A stretch of DNA of 61,697 nucleotides, the filler included, from Dugesia japonica (taxonomy: Eukaryota): the NCBI GenBank assembly GCA_001938525.1. It is 5 parts of 5 records of this genome, joined end to end, with 100 filler letters (N's around TTAATTAATTAA, not from the genome) between each part and the next. Parts side by side here need not be neighbours in the genome. Positions count along the whole stretch, not along the records: positions 1 to 12,100 come from MQRL01607449.1; positions 12,201 to 23,130 come from MQRL01647772.1; 3 more parts are not named here. One strand, 5' to 3'. The position numbers and the translations under genes are program-made. Below the pieces are notes generated by a model that saw only the letters and a list, made by a program, of their open reading frames with translations, did no database searches and had not been told where the DNA came from. Positions 1-13,377 of this stretch are shown here, piece after piece. Position 1 is the first letter of the stretch, and each line of letters begins with the position of its first letter.

Positions 1-59
1 AAGTTATCATTATTGAAACATCTAATGAAGTCTTTATAATTTAACTTGTGTTTATCATT

Positions 60-412
60 CTTTGTGTTTATCACTGAGAATCAATGGAACAAACCTAGCT
101 GCAAGATTTATTTTTCTTAATTAACCATGTCTTTGCTGATTTTTATAGTCTCAGCGATCTTTCTGACGCTCAATCGATGATCTGTTACAATAAGTTTCTT
201 CACCTTTTCAATCATGACCTTGCTGAAACTGTTCTCCCAGATCTCGATTCGTCTTTTGCGTTGGTTCTTCTGTCCTTAAAATTCCTAAACCATCTGCAAA
301 TATTTGCATTATCTCCATATACTTTGTGCAGCATTTATTTTTTCAAAACCGAAAGCAAAATTTAATGTTGCATTTCTGTTCAATATTGTTAGATTTTAAA
401 AATTTGGCCATT
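60..412 (-). pseudogene. mariner transposase N-terminal remnant (irritans-like)
   Basis: Minus-strand translation across frameshifts gives MAKFLKSNNIEQKCNIKFCF..MLHKVYGDNA..CRWFRNFKDRRTNAKDESRSGR..IEKVKKLIVTDHRLSVRKIAETIKIS..LAARFVP. This is the paired-like HTH region and the WVP-like motif of mariners. Confidence 0.8.
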
Positions 413-664
413 TCATTATTGCAATTTGAAAGTGTCCCGATTTATTTAGGTAATATTAAAACAAATATAAAATATTATTTATTAAAATGATCATGGATTT
501 CAAGTGTGCAATTTTTCAATNNNNNNNNNNNNNNNNNNNNNNNNNNNNNNNNNNNNNNNNNNNNNNNNNNNNNNNNNNNNNNNNNNNNNNNNNNNNNNNN
601 NNNNNNNNNNNNNNNNNNNNNNNNNNNNNNNNNNNNNNNNNNNNNNNNNNNNNNNNNNNNNNNN

Positions 665-715
665 AAAAAAAACAAAAAACCTTTGATTGAAGCTTTTATT
701 TTAAATGAATTCTGA
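665..715 (+). repeat. fragment of the Penelope-type/hammerhead repeat family (end segment)
   Basis: AAAACAAAAA..TTTGATTGAAGCTTTTATTTTAAATGAATTCTG matches the arm of the 34.3-34.5 kb palindrome. Confidence 0.65.
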
Positions 716-719
716 AAAA

Positions 720-1630
720 TGATCAATGGTTATGTCCAACAATTATTCTCGTAATAATTGCAATTGTAAAACAATATCTGGAGATGGTATTTTGGATATC
801 ATCCCCATTTTCAAATTGTTTGTCACATAGAAAGTGTTGTAGTAAACGAAATAAATGGAAATCCGATAGTGTATTGTCTGGCAAATAAGATTGTTGAGGC
901 AGTATCTCCCACCACAATTCATTAATTTTTTCAGGGTTCGTCTTGTGCAGTGCGGTCTTGCATAATCATGTTGCAGAATAACGCATTTTCTGTTGATAAT
1001 AGCTGGACACATTTCAATTATAGATTGATTAACTCGATCTACTTGTTCACAGTAAAGATGTGCACAAACAGTTTTTTCAGGTTTCAGCACTTCAAAATGA
1101 ACGATTTCGAGAATAATTCACCAATACATAAAAGTGTCTTTTTGGAATGTAAGCCTGGCTTAGCAGTACTTTATTGCGATTCATTCGGATTATCATAGAG
1201 AACACATTTTTCATCTTCAGTGATCCGAAAAAAACCTTCTATATTGTGTAATTAAAGCAACATATAGAGTCAGAAAGATCACAATTATTGAATCTGATCT
1301 TAGAAAACCAATTTTGGGATTTAGCAACGTTTAATACACTTGGATAAACCTTACAAATGTTTTTGGTAGCAACTGTTGCATTATGACTCTTGTGAAACTC
1401 AAAAACCACACAATGCCAGTTATGTGCGTCTTTCAGCTTTTGGCTGGTCATTTCACCTGAAATCTTAAAACAAAATTTAAGATTTAATTATTTACAAGTA
1501 AACAAGTAAAAAAGTCCCTTTAACCTTAAAATGTATTTTGCACGACTTCAATGTACACAATGAGCTGATAAAAATGGTAAACAAATATTACCATGCGCAG
1601 AAAGAACATTACTTTTTGGTTCCTCTAATA
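720..1630 (-). mobile_element. mariner DNA transposon, degenerate (DD34D)
   Basis: ORF pieces MTSQK..EFHKSHNATVATKNICKVY, ITEDEKCVLYDN, ILQHDYARPH and WEILPQQSYLPD..SDFHLFRLLQHFL. A mariner-type terminus TA-TTAGAGGAACCAAAAAGTAATG lies at ~1607-1630 on the minus strand. Confidence 0.88.
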
Positions 1631-1801
1631 TAAAAGACATTAATATTTTCTATTTTCTTTAGTATTAATTTATACAAAGATTTGTCGCTCACATTTCTTA
1701 GTATTTTCTAACATTATTTTATTTTCCAACCAAAAAGTAGATAACAGATTAATTTTGTTAATTAACTTTAATAAAACTAAAAAATAAGAAAATTGTCTTA
1801 C

Positions 1802-2447
1802 TCCAAAACCACTTTGAAAAGTAAAAAAGGGCGAAACAAATTTTGGTTGGTAATTGAGATTTATTTTTGGAAAATTTTGGAGAATTGAATTTTTACGATG
1901 GGGTAAAGAAATGGGATTATTTCTCAATGATAACTGATTTTTAAAATGATTGAATAGGTTCTGTTCAAAGTTTTTGATTTTCTGTGAATTTTTCACATTC
2001 TTCATCATTTGACATGGTCGTAAACCGTCATTATTTACCAATCTTAAATCGCCGCCACTTTCAACTAATATTTGTAAAAGTTTCAAATTATCAAAATAAG
2101 CAGCTGCATGTAGAGCAGTATTGCCTTCATTGTTTTGTCTGAAATTGTATATTAACCAACTAAAATAAAGAAATAAAGCATCATCTAACATGTTCGGATC
2201 GGCACCAATGCTCAATAAATGAATCACCATTTCAAATTCACAGAAATAAGCAGCAACAAATATTAAGGATTCTCCATATTTGTTTTGTTGATTGATATCT
2301 TACATAACAATAAAGAAAGAAATAAAATTATTAAAAATCAAATGATTTACTTAGGATTCTATTATCAAAATAGAGATAGTTTTTCACTGGGTTCTCCTTT
2401 TTATATCCCAAATATTGTAGAAATTCATCTCCTCTACAAACAACCAT
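1802..2447 (-). CDS. ankyrin-repeat protein, TEX14-like N-terminus; exons 2447-2351, 2298-2190, 2138-1802; gene probably continues 3'
   Basis: GT..AG introns of 52 nt (2350-2299) and 51 nt (2189-2139) give the clean spliced frame MVVCRGDEF..NINQQNKYGESLIFVAAYFCEFEMVIHLLSIGADPNIQNNEGNTALHAAAYFDNLKLLQILVESGGDLRLVNNDG..FQSGFG, followed by a GTAAGA donor at 1801. The GGDLRL and GFG motifs recall TEX14. Confidence 0.75.
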
Positions 2448-5276
2448 TTTATAATTTAAATTGATTAATCTGTATAATTTTTAATTAATGAAAACCAATG
2501 ATTTAAACATTATATTTAATTATTCCCTAATTTTCATTAATATTATAAGTATTTAAATAAATTTAATTACTTTTCGGATTCTGTGTACATAATTAACTAC
2601 ATGTTTTTAAATGAGACAAATTTTATTTTTTTGGGTTTTAATAAACTCAACTTAATATTAGTTAGTTTTTAATGATTCTGTGATATTGTTTATATATATG
2701 GTTTTACTTGATAAACGTTTTTAATATAAAAAATTGCAATTTCTTCGATAACTGCTTACAATGATTCAACTTATTTAATTTCTAATTTCAGAGAATATAC
2801 AACTCGATTTCATTTGAAAAACCAATAAAATGCATCAACAAATAAAAGGTTATTTAGATGATTTTCAGTCTTTAAACTACCAATAGAAATGCTTTATCTA
2901 TACTTAATTCCTATTGGTCATAAATCAGCGTTTTACTTTTAATTAGTATGAGAAGGTTTGGTATCAAATGCATAATATTTTTATAACTTTATTTTCTATA
3001 AAAATTTTCAGTAAGCCTCATATAACATAATTTATAAATATTCTGTATTTTAATTAAACATTTCATTTAAATTTAACCAATCTAAATTTATCTAATATGT
3101 ATTTATTCACAATTTCATTTATTCGAATGATTTCATATCAATTGAAGTTATCTGTTGTCACTTTGATAAACATTTAACCTACGATATTCATTTTCTTTGA
3201 TTTTCTTAGTATGATATATTTTTCGTTTCAATTGGATAATTCGATAAATTTATTTTCATTTCGATTAATTAATTTTCTTTCTCATTGTATTAATTCTCTT
3301 TTATGCCTTTTTCCTATAAATTTTGATATTTTTCATATCTGTTTTTCTCGTTCAATGGTTTATTAATGTGAACATTTTCAGCTTTCAATAAAATGTAGTT
3401 AGATTATATGTGTACATTACTATTTACCTTACTATCTGTTTTTCATATACAATTAGTTTTATATGTTTATTTTTGTTTGAGCATAATATTTGTAATAAGC
3501 AGTTAAAGGTAATATGTGAGTGTTAACCTAGAAATCCTCACACAATGATAATATAACACTAATAATTCATTCTTACCATTTCTATTTGTCATTTCGTTAT
3601 TTGTTATTTCCTAATAATTTCTTTTTTTATTTATGTTAGTAAAACAGAAAAAAATTATAAGAAACCAATATAAAAATATACAATAATTTTTTTAAAAATA
3701 TTTTATTAATTTTTTTTAAGTATAATTCTAAAAATTTCTATTAATAACAGCAATTTTCTTGAAAGTTTGAGTTGTCTTAAATTGTAATTGCTTTTCGTTG
3801 ATTAGCTTACGTGTTGTGTATACCCTGGCACTTCATATATAGGCATCATTTTACCCATAGTTATATATTAATTAAGGAAATTATATGTTAATTAAGGAAA
3901 GTAATATTTCATTTTTCTTGAAAATTTTGTTTGATATTCATTAATTAAGATTTAGACTAAGCTCAAAAAAACATTTCAAAAATTTTGAGACAAATTGCTT
4001 ACTCTTCTATAATAGATTTTATTAATAATAAAAACGTAAAATGCAATATTATTACTTATTATATAAATGAACAAAAGAATAAATGAGTTTTTTAATATTT
4101 ATTGTTTAAAAAGCATAATCACTAAGTGAAAATGATTAATTAAACAGTCACAAGAAGTCACAAAATAAATAAGGAGTTAATTATTATATTTTCATACCTG
4201 CTTCTTGGTTTGATTGATAGTTAATTCAATTATCTACTTCCTTGTTTGACAAAGTTTAAAATAAAAAGATGTAAAGCTTTTGTTGAATTGTGTACAAAAT
4301 GTTTGTATTTATGTATTGTTTGTTTTTAAATGATGATTTCTTAATGGATGTTTAATAGTGATTTGAAAACATGATTTCCGTGGTCATGAAAACTCGATAT
4401 TGAGTAAGATTTTTTTTCTTTTGTTTTTTTGTTGCTAAAATTATAGAAATTCATTGTGATTTAACTTTTTTCTTGCTTGATCTTATTTCTTTAAAATTAA
4501 TATTCTCACAAACCTCATTTNTTTATTTTTATAGTACTCGTAGAACTCGATTGTTTTGTAAATATTTCAACTTCTCTAGAAAAGAAAATATTCCTTGCAG
4601 TAATTGTTTATTGTCATTCTCTATTTTGAAAAAAAATTTGAACGAAAATTCAGAGAAATAATTTTTTAGATCTCCAACTGTAATTTATAAATAAATTTAA
4701 TATTAAAATATTAAAAATATTATCGATTTAATGATGACTAACTAAAATAACTAAAATAAAATTATGAAAAAATTTATTAAAATAAAAATATATAATTCAC
4801 TTTGCCTGTCTAATTCTAAATTGATTCTGAAAAAAATGATATTCCTAATATTACTGTAAACAATAGTATAAGTTTACTCTGGGGATCACTCTTTAACTGT
4901 TTACTAAAATACAGGATATATTAAAAATCACTTCTTAAACTTTACTAGAATTTAATTTTAAAAAACTTAGCTGAGAAGCTATTAAAAACATAATCTTAAA
5001 GTCAATTTAGTTTCACTTGAATAATTTCTCTCTATTATCTAAGTAATATTACAAATAATTGTTTTCATTTGACGAAAATGGGAAAATCTTTAAATTTCGA
5101 GTTTTTCATTGTTTTAAAATTGACTAATGTTAATGTGTAGTGTTAATGTTTTTAGTAATGAGTTTAAAATTAAAAATTATTTGGAGAAATAAATTCGTTA
5201 AATTCTCGAAAATTTCTTTTTGAAGAAATTAACGATAAAATAATAAATTTCCATTTTTTTATTGGTTTGTTTAAAT

Positions 5277-5596
5277 CAGTGTTGTCCAAACCGTGTACCG
5301 TGGTAAGTGACAAGGTGTGCCGCGAAATTTTTCAAATAAAGTCGAAAATATCCTGTTTTTTTGACAACTTAATTAAAGGAAGTTGAATAAGGGATATTTT
5401 GACGGTTGTTTAAATTTTNNNNNNNNNNNNNNNNNNNNNNNNNNNNNNNNNNNNNNNNNNNNNNNNNNAATAATATTTTAAACCTTTAATAAAAGTGCAA
5501 TAAGAAATTACAATTGAAGCAAAAAATTAGTGAGCCGTGAAAATTTTTTTAATTCAGACAAATGTGCCGTGGCTCAAAAAAGTTTGGACAACACTG
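5277..5596. mobile_element. hAT (Buster-type) MITE with intact ends
   Basis: 15-bp perfect TIR CAGTGTTGTCCAAAC/GTTTGGACAACACTG, 8-bp TSD GTTTAAAT (5269-5276 and 5597-5604), and subterminal TGCCG(C/T)G motifs. Confidence 0.92.
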
Positions 5597-6039
5597 GTTT
5601 AAATAGTTAATTTTCATAACGTTTCCGATAGGTAGTGAGGATTTGTAAATACTTTTCTACTTGTTTCTGATTTTCCGATAAATCGATCAAAATAAGCTAC
5701 AATTCTCGCTCAAATAAATTGAAATAACGATCAAGTTTATCAATTAATATGATTAATAAAATAAATATAATAAAACAATTAATTATGAGAACCACTGTAA
5801 GCTTTTATTATGCTTTCATAAAAATAATTGTGAAAATTTAAAGTTTCTTATTATTATTATTTCCCTCTTCTTTCCATAAGTAACTGTTTGTAAGTATTTT
5901 CATAAAATTTTTAATTTAACAGTAATAGACTCATTGATAATACAAAAACATTTTCACTCTGTCATATCTTCAAAAAGTCCCGTATTAAAGAAAAGAAATT
6001 ATTATTTATTTAAACATCATTAAATATTACTTAAAAAAT

Positions 6040-8009
6040 AATTTAATATGTATTTTTCCGGCTTTCATTGCTGCCAAGTCTCTTTTTCAATACTCAATAA
6101 TGCTGAACCATTTAAACGATTTTGATCCATGGATGAAGTTTGCTGAACGATCGCTCTTATGTTGTTATTAATAATTGTAATGGAATTCTTGAATTTGGAA
6201 AAGATCTTCGTCATACACCATGATAAGTTGTATCAGTTCAATTTGAGGTGAAGGTATATTTTTGCTTTAATATTGAAAGATCATTTTGCAGTATTCACTT
6301 TTATTATATAATTCTATTCCAATTACATCAGTATCATAAAAGGAATCCTAATTAAAGCAATTTTCTTCAATTTTTCCCGTATCATAAGAAAATAATTTTG
6401 TTATTTAAAGCAAAAAGCGAAATACTTTGTCAATTTCTTGATGTTGAATAATGTGATTCTCAATTTTATATAATAATATATTCAATCGCATATTTAATTA
6501 CTCTTTCGATTTTATCAGTAACTGTTAAACTACTATCATGTTTTTCACTTGACCTGATTTTCTTTTTCTTAATTCTTGTTTTTCAATTTTAGAATCAAAT
6601 TCATCACACTTTATTTTAGAATTTTCAATTGCTTCCTGGCAAATAATTTCACGATTTTTACGTAGATATGCAAATAATTCATTGAAGTCCAAAGAAGCTT
6701 CCTTAAAATTTATTTTAAGGTCTTGAAATTGTTTCTTTAAAATTGAATGCCAGAAGTTTAATAGCAAAAGAATTGAAAATTAAAATATTTATTTAATAAA
6801 TTTTGAGCGCCCGATATATAAATTCTTTAATACCCNNNNNNNNNNNNNNNNNNNNGTTGAAAATTGCCTTTATTGTATAATTTCTAACACTTCGTCTTGT
6901 TCTTGATCCACTTTTTACTGAAATTATTTCATCCATTCCATTTCGAATTGTAAGTCTGCGTTTGGCTTCTTTCCAACTTGTAAACGAAAAACAATAGTTC
7001 GCGCTATTTTCATGTTTATGAATCCGTTCAAAATGCAACCAATTTGAAGAANNNNNNNNNNNNNNNNNNNNNNNNNNNNNNNNNNNNNNNNNNNNNNNNN
7101 NNNNNNNNNNNNNNNNNNNNNNNNNNNNNNNNNNNAATTTTTTGATGGAGAATAACTTCATCAGGAGCAACAAACGTCATCCTTGATGAAACCAATGTGC
7201 TCTTAAAGAGAGACCACTTGTAGATGGAAAACAATCTTTATACTGGGAGTCTTTGCCACCGTGTTTTATCAGCTCTGACCGAAGTTGTTCAGTGATTTGT
7301 GGCCCTTCATTTTGATCAAATTTTAAATATCCGATATCATTTAGCATTACTATCTGAGTAAATTATTTGTATTTATTATGGAATCGTCCAAATGAAAATT
7401 CGTATGTCCTTGGTCTGCATTATCAATGAAGGGGTTAAATTTACCACTTTGAGATTCCTCAATAGGCAAAATATTTTTTTTCATCTTCAATTTGTTTCTT
7501 TTTGATAAATTTGATCATAATTTTGCTTGATTTTGCTGCTTCTTTTCGCAATTTTTTACTTTTCTCTATTTTGTGCACCACTTAATTTATTATTTTCTCC
7601 CATTTTCTAAAATTTTATTTATTATTTTTCAAAAGTAAAATGTTTAATACTAATAAATTTTACTGAAATAATGATGATTTAAAAATTTTGTGAGATGTTA
7701 TTTAATAGTACTTTTTAAACCATCCCTTTCTTATCCTTTAAAATTAATGCACACATCTAATAATAGTGATGAATATTAACAAACGTTTTTATCAAAACCA
7801 AATCAATCAACAACAAAAACTAAGAAGGCAAAGGTGACAATTGCTATATCGATTTAAAAATCAAAATTTAATAAAAACGTTACATATTTTCGTATTATAT
7901 ATGGGATGAAAATTCGATAAATATTTTATTTTGAAATCGAATTTTGGAGACTCCTGACTGCAATACCCTGGGATTCTGCTCCACTTGATNCACCCTTGTT
8001 TCACTTCTG
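6040..8009 (-). mobile_element. hAT transposon remnant (ZMYM1-like transposase pseudogene)
   Basis: Fragments WLHFERIHKHENSANY..SWKEAKRRL, RTRRSVRN, LLNFWHSILK..LFAYLRKNRE, and a C-terminal MDQNRLNGSALLSIE dimerisation-like motif. A GC-rich CAG-starting terminus lies near 8009. Confidence 0.75.
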
Positions 8010-8340
8010 TTTCAGTAATCAGATATTTATAAAAGGGGATCTGTTTTTCTAAACAAAATCCAATAATACATTAAATTTCGTTTTTATTCAGTTACAATTT
8101 TTTTTAAAATACAGACACAATGCAAATGTTTAAAATACCCGTAATTACTAATAAATATTTATATTTACTTTTATAATTATTTGAAAATTTTATCTATTTT
8201 CTGAAGATTTTTCGTCTTCCTTTAGGAAAAATCTGTTTGAACCAAGAAAAAAAAAGAAAGATTTATTATAATTTATTCACAAAAATTCCCAGAATATGTC
8301 GACATTTGTTTAATAAAAAGTTTTTTTGTCATTTATTCGA

Positions 8341-8899
8341 TTATTTATTAGTTAATTTAAAATAGTTTTCAACAAAATCTTTGAGTTTCAAATGAGAAGG
8401 CAATTTATCTGTTTCCAATCTATCTTGAAGATAAAATCCACTTAAACAAATCAGTTTATTATTATTATAAAATATCGTATTTTTTAATTCAACAACATTC
8501 GTTTCCTCGAATCGTTTGAAAATCAAATCGAATGAATCGACTGGTTCATGAATTGGTTCGTTATTTGATAACGATTTCAAATTAAACATTTGAACGAATT
8601 TTGTGTCGTCTACAAATATTTTTAGATTCAACGGAAGTACGATGTCAAATTTAACAAAAACACAACTAATTCCCACAACTTCTCTAGTTTCATTTAAATA
8701 AGTCTGCCAAATAAATACGACTTTTGGTTCCTTTATACATTCGACATATGTATGTAGAGGTTCTTTGTCTAGAACTTCCAAGTAAATCCAGTTGGATTTA
8801 CAAAGGGGACACGATAATCCAGTTCCGTAAATACCAGCTAATAAAATACAATCATAGTGAAACATATGTATACAAAGGTTTGGTTTAACGGCAGTACCA
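8341..8899 (-). CDS. RING-finger-containing protein, 5' end lost in gap
   Basis: The frame stays open upstream of the listed Met to the N-gap: GTAVKPNL-C-I-H-M-F-H-Y-D-C-I..S-C-P-L-C-K, the second half of a RING-H2-type motif. About 150 aa follow without stop or intron. Confidence 0.6.
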
Positions 8900-11800
8900 N
8901 NNNNNNNNNNNNNNNNNNNNNNNNNNNNNNNNNNNNNNNTTTTTTTTAATTAATTATTATTTATTGAATAATGAATCATTTTTATTTATAGTTGTTATCT
9001 GGCATCATCATTCTAAAAATTAGATAACAGAACTGATTTCCTTAAAAAAAATAAGGAATCTTAAATCTGCAAAGAATAATTAGGGAAAATTTTAGTTGGA
9101 TTTATTTTCTTCAAAGGTTAAATTATAAAAACTTTGTTTATTTAGCAATTCTTATAAATAATAATAATATTACTAAACTCTTCATTTTTTTAATAGTAAG
9201 GTTCTCAATTTAATATAACTAACGCCATCATTTCGGCCTGTTTAATTATTTCTATTTAAAAATTTTATATAAATAAAAAAAGTAAGTTGCAACTATGCTG
9301 TTATTGATTTTGAGCTGTTCAATGTGTTATTAATAAGTCCAAATCAGATTTCTAAAATTTATTTTCTAAAAATATGACATCATCGGCTTTTATATATTAT
9401 CTTAGAAACCATCAATCTGGTAAAAATGATAACGTAATAGTATGGCACTGAAACAACTAAATCAACATACTTTATTATTAGGGCAACCCAACACAACTTA
9501 TTGAAACTTTTATGCAAAAATTTAACAAGCTTAATTTTGATTATTTTATTTGTTGTGTTTTAATTTTACCCATATGACATATAATTGAAACTCAATCGCC
9601 AGAAACCTAGCAAAATACGGGAAACAATATTAAAAAGAGTTTATGGAGTCTATAAATGGGAGTCTATATTGCATTCTATGCAATAAAAATGCAATAAACT
9701 TTTATATTTGCAACTTTAAAATTTTTTGGAACTTTTAACCAAAACTAATTGCAAATTTTGCGTTGTTCTATTTATTATACACACATGCAATCAAACATAA
9801 TTTATTTACACTAACAATGAAATATTGAGAAATCATCTCACAGTGTAAAAAAATGTTTTTAGAACGAATGTTATATTTATTTTTAACAAATTTATTTTAA
9901 AAAAGATTTATTTTTATACAACCTTTTATGCCACAGTAAATCAATCGTATGACTTGTCTTAAAAATTAACTGAACTATTAATTATTTAATTCCAGAAACA
10001 AATTATTATTATTTAGCTACTTTTAATTATTAATAATATAATATTACGAAGTATTCTAGTTTATTTATACTGTTAAAGAAAAAGAAAATATTTATAATAA
10101 TACAACATAAATATTTGAACATTATAATACATAAGTAGAAACCAACATTTTTAATATAAATCATTATTGAATGATCTATTACTTGGAAAATAATTTTTCA
10201 GCATTGAAAATGTTTCTAATAAAACTTTTATGTTGTTCAACAGTTTTGCAGTAAATAGTATCGGTTGATGATATCTCATTTCTTGCAGATGATCATTAAT
10301 TTTTTCTCAATATTTTTTCAAATAACGTATTAATAACGTATCTGCATTAATCATTTTTGAAATTGATATTTAGTAATACGATTGCTAAATTGAATATTTT
10401 GTTTATTTCGATTTTTCAAACCAATTTTTAACGATGTCATAGTCACTTTTAATTACTATTAAATTCTTTGCTGTTACTTTAGCTTTTGATATAGACAAAT
10501 TATTCTTCTAGAGTTTCGAGTATATTTTTAACATGTTGGAAGTTATCAGCAAAATTGTTATTGAATGAGACTATAAAATATTTTTCACATGCAAATTGTA
10601 TATCATATAATATTAAGAACACTTTTAGTATGTTTTAATGACAAGGATCTCTCCGGGTACTAGATCAACTTTGTATTAATTTTGATCGATAATAACAATT
10701 AATCTCAATTTCATTTACTATTTCATATTCATTGAAACATTACTTTATAATTTATATCGTTATTTATATTTTTGATCAGTGTAAAATTCCGCGTCGAATG
10801 ATGAGTAACTTGATAAAATCAAAAATTTTACTTAATTTATGCAAAAATTGCATAAAAATCTTTTAATTTGAATAAGAAATTTAATTTCCATCAACTTAAA
10901 CAAAAAATTATAAAAACAAGTCAATTTAAAAAAATCTTTTACAAGAAATCATTTATTTTATTTGTTGAGGAAAGCTAATTAAAAAATTTTTATTTAAAAA
11001 ATCACATACACAAACAAACACACCTACAAAGTAATGGCAATTCAATAACTCCGGCTGCTCAAACCAGACAATTCAAACCAATTCAGAATAAATCAAAATA
11101 CCCAAATCAATCATCTATCTGACTTTTTATTTGACTCTCTATTATTTTGAGCTGACCTAATATTTTAATGGAATTTGATCTTTTAATATGTACAAATGTT
11201 AATTTACTTTTATTTTATTTTTATGAGTATGTACAAATTTGATTTTTAATTTTTAAATTGTAATAATTAATTTTTATTATAGTTACGCAGAATTTTTGAT
11301 AAACAATAATTGAATGTCATTATCGATTTCATTGTTTTGTACGGATTTTTCAAAAAACAATTATTGAAAATGTTAAAACTACTAATGTAAATAATTATGT
11401 TTAAATAATCACGGAACATTTTTATAATAATTACTGTATCTTATGGAAAATTTTATGATTTTATATATTTTATCATTTTATTTATGCATGAACATTCTCA
11501 TAGCCACTAGTATAAATAGTGGATTTTAGTTCAGTGTAATNNNNNNNNNNNNNNNNNNNNNNNNNNNNNNNNNNNNNNNNNNNNNNNNNNNNNNNNNNNN
11601 NNNNNNNNNNNNNNNNNNNNNNNNNNNNNNNNNNNNNNNNNNNNNNNNNNNNNNNNNNNNNNNNNNNNNNNNNNNNNNNNNNNNNNNNNNNNNNNNNNNN
11701 NNNNNNNNNNNNNNNNNNNNNNNNNNNNNNNNNNNNNNNNNNNNNNNNNNNNNNNNNNNNNNNNNNNNNNNNNNNNNNNNNNNNCGGACCCAAGAAGGGC

Positions 11801-13377
11801 ATAGTCAAGTTAGAGAGAAGAATTATGAAAACCAAAATGGGATTAGAAAGTCAAAACTTGTATAAGGGATGTAAGAACTGGAACTACAGCAGGGGATAAC
11901 GAGGAATTAAAGCGAACCAACGAAGTAAAGAAGCGGTAATTTGAACAACGAAAATAATAAACGATGGACAAGAAACTAAATCATTGACTGAAAAAAGGGA
12001 AATAATGAAAAAGAAAAATCAAGATTGGTAATTAAAACCAACGGAATAACCAAAATCGCGACAAGAAACAATTCAGAAAGAAGTAAACCAAAGAAGAAAA
12101 NNNNNNNNNNNNNNNNNNNNNNNNNNNNNNNNNNNNNNNNNNNNTTAATTAATTAANNNNNNNNNNNNNNNNNNNNNNNNNNNNNNNNNNNNNNNNNNNN
12201 AAAAATTAACAAATTACATGAATTTCTTACTATTGATCTTCAACTCTTAATTACCCTAAAAATTACTATTTAAAACTAACACTGTTTTTATATCTTTTAT
12301 GGAATATTCAAACAACAAAAATTTTCACTTGTCATATATTCCTCACAAATGGGATTACAAGAAATCATTTGATTGAATCAAGAATACAATTCATAAAAAT
12401 TACAAGCAAAGTAAGATAAGAACTAATAGTTCAATCCAATTGTTTAGTGAAAGAGTGAAATTTAAATTAATAATAACCAAGTTATATTAGACAAACCAAA
12501 TTTTCTTAATTATTTTACAAAAATTACTTAAAATAAAATGTAGTTATTAAAATTTTTCAAAAGAGAAGTTGGAGAAAACAAACTAATTGTATACAAACAA
12601 GATTTAGGGCTTTATATAGCAAGTAAAAATAGTATATAAACAAATGAAAATTCCAATTTGGTTGTTGCTTTTCAGTGGTAGTAATTATTGAGAAACAGTA
12701 TAAGTGATGTTTAGAAATCTGCAGCAGAATTGTCAACGGTATAGATACTTGAACCTTGTTCAAGTTTTTGTATGAACTCTGAAAAAGTGGTTCGTAGATT
12801 ATGCATATCTGGGAAACTTTTTAATTTTTGGTTTAATATTTGGTATAATAATTTAAAATAATAATAATTATAATAATTTGGTATTATATTATATTGTATT
12901 AAAATTTATTCGAGAAATATTTTAAAAATTATTTCAAATATTTTTATTGAAAAAAAATACATTAGAGATTTTTAAAATAGAAAACATTTTTTAAATGAAA
13001 TTTGATTTAAATAATTATTATATATTATATTATGTAAAATTTTAAAAGTATATAATTTTTTTAAAAGGTAATTGAATTAATTTGAAAATCATTTTCAAAA
13101 ATTATGAAAAATAATTGAAATGTATATATTTAGAAAAAGAAGTTTATGTATTTTTAAAAAAAAAGAAAATCGATATATTTAAAATTAGTTTTTAATTTCT
13201 TAGATTATTTGTTTAAATACTATGGATTATCTTAGCATCTTTTTAACTTTAATCAAACACTTGTAATAATAAGTAAAACTTTTGGAAAATTGTGAATTTT
13301 TAAATTTAACTAATAAACTCAATTGCCAATTACTTTGTGTTTTAACCATTCAGTAAACAAAAAAAACATAAGTAATA

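Noticed and set aside
475-726. ORFs spanning N-runs (also 11482-11835 and 24144-24473)
   Set aside because: Open only because Ns contain no stop codons.
9478-11160. Possible old hAT element with TAGGGCAACC../..GAGCTGACCTA ends
   Set aside because: The ends match poorly, no TSD is visible and there is no convincing transposase motif.
12101-12200. TTAATTAATTAA centred in a 100-nt N-gap (also at 23131-23230, 34186-34285 and 50369-50468)
   Set aside because: Identical 44N+12+44N layout with stops in all six frames marks a scaffolding linker, not biology. Adjacency across these gaps is unproven.
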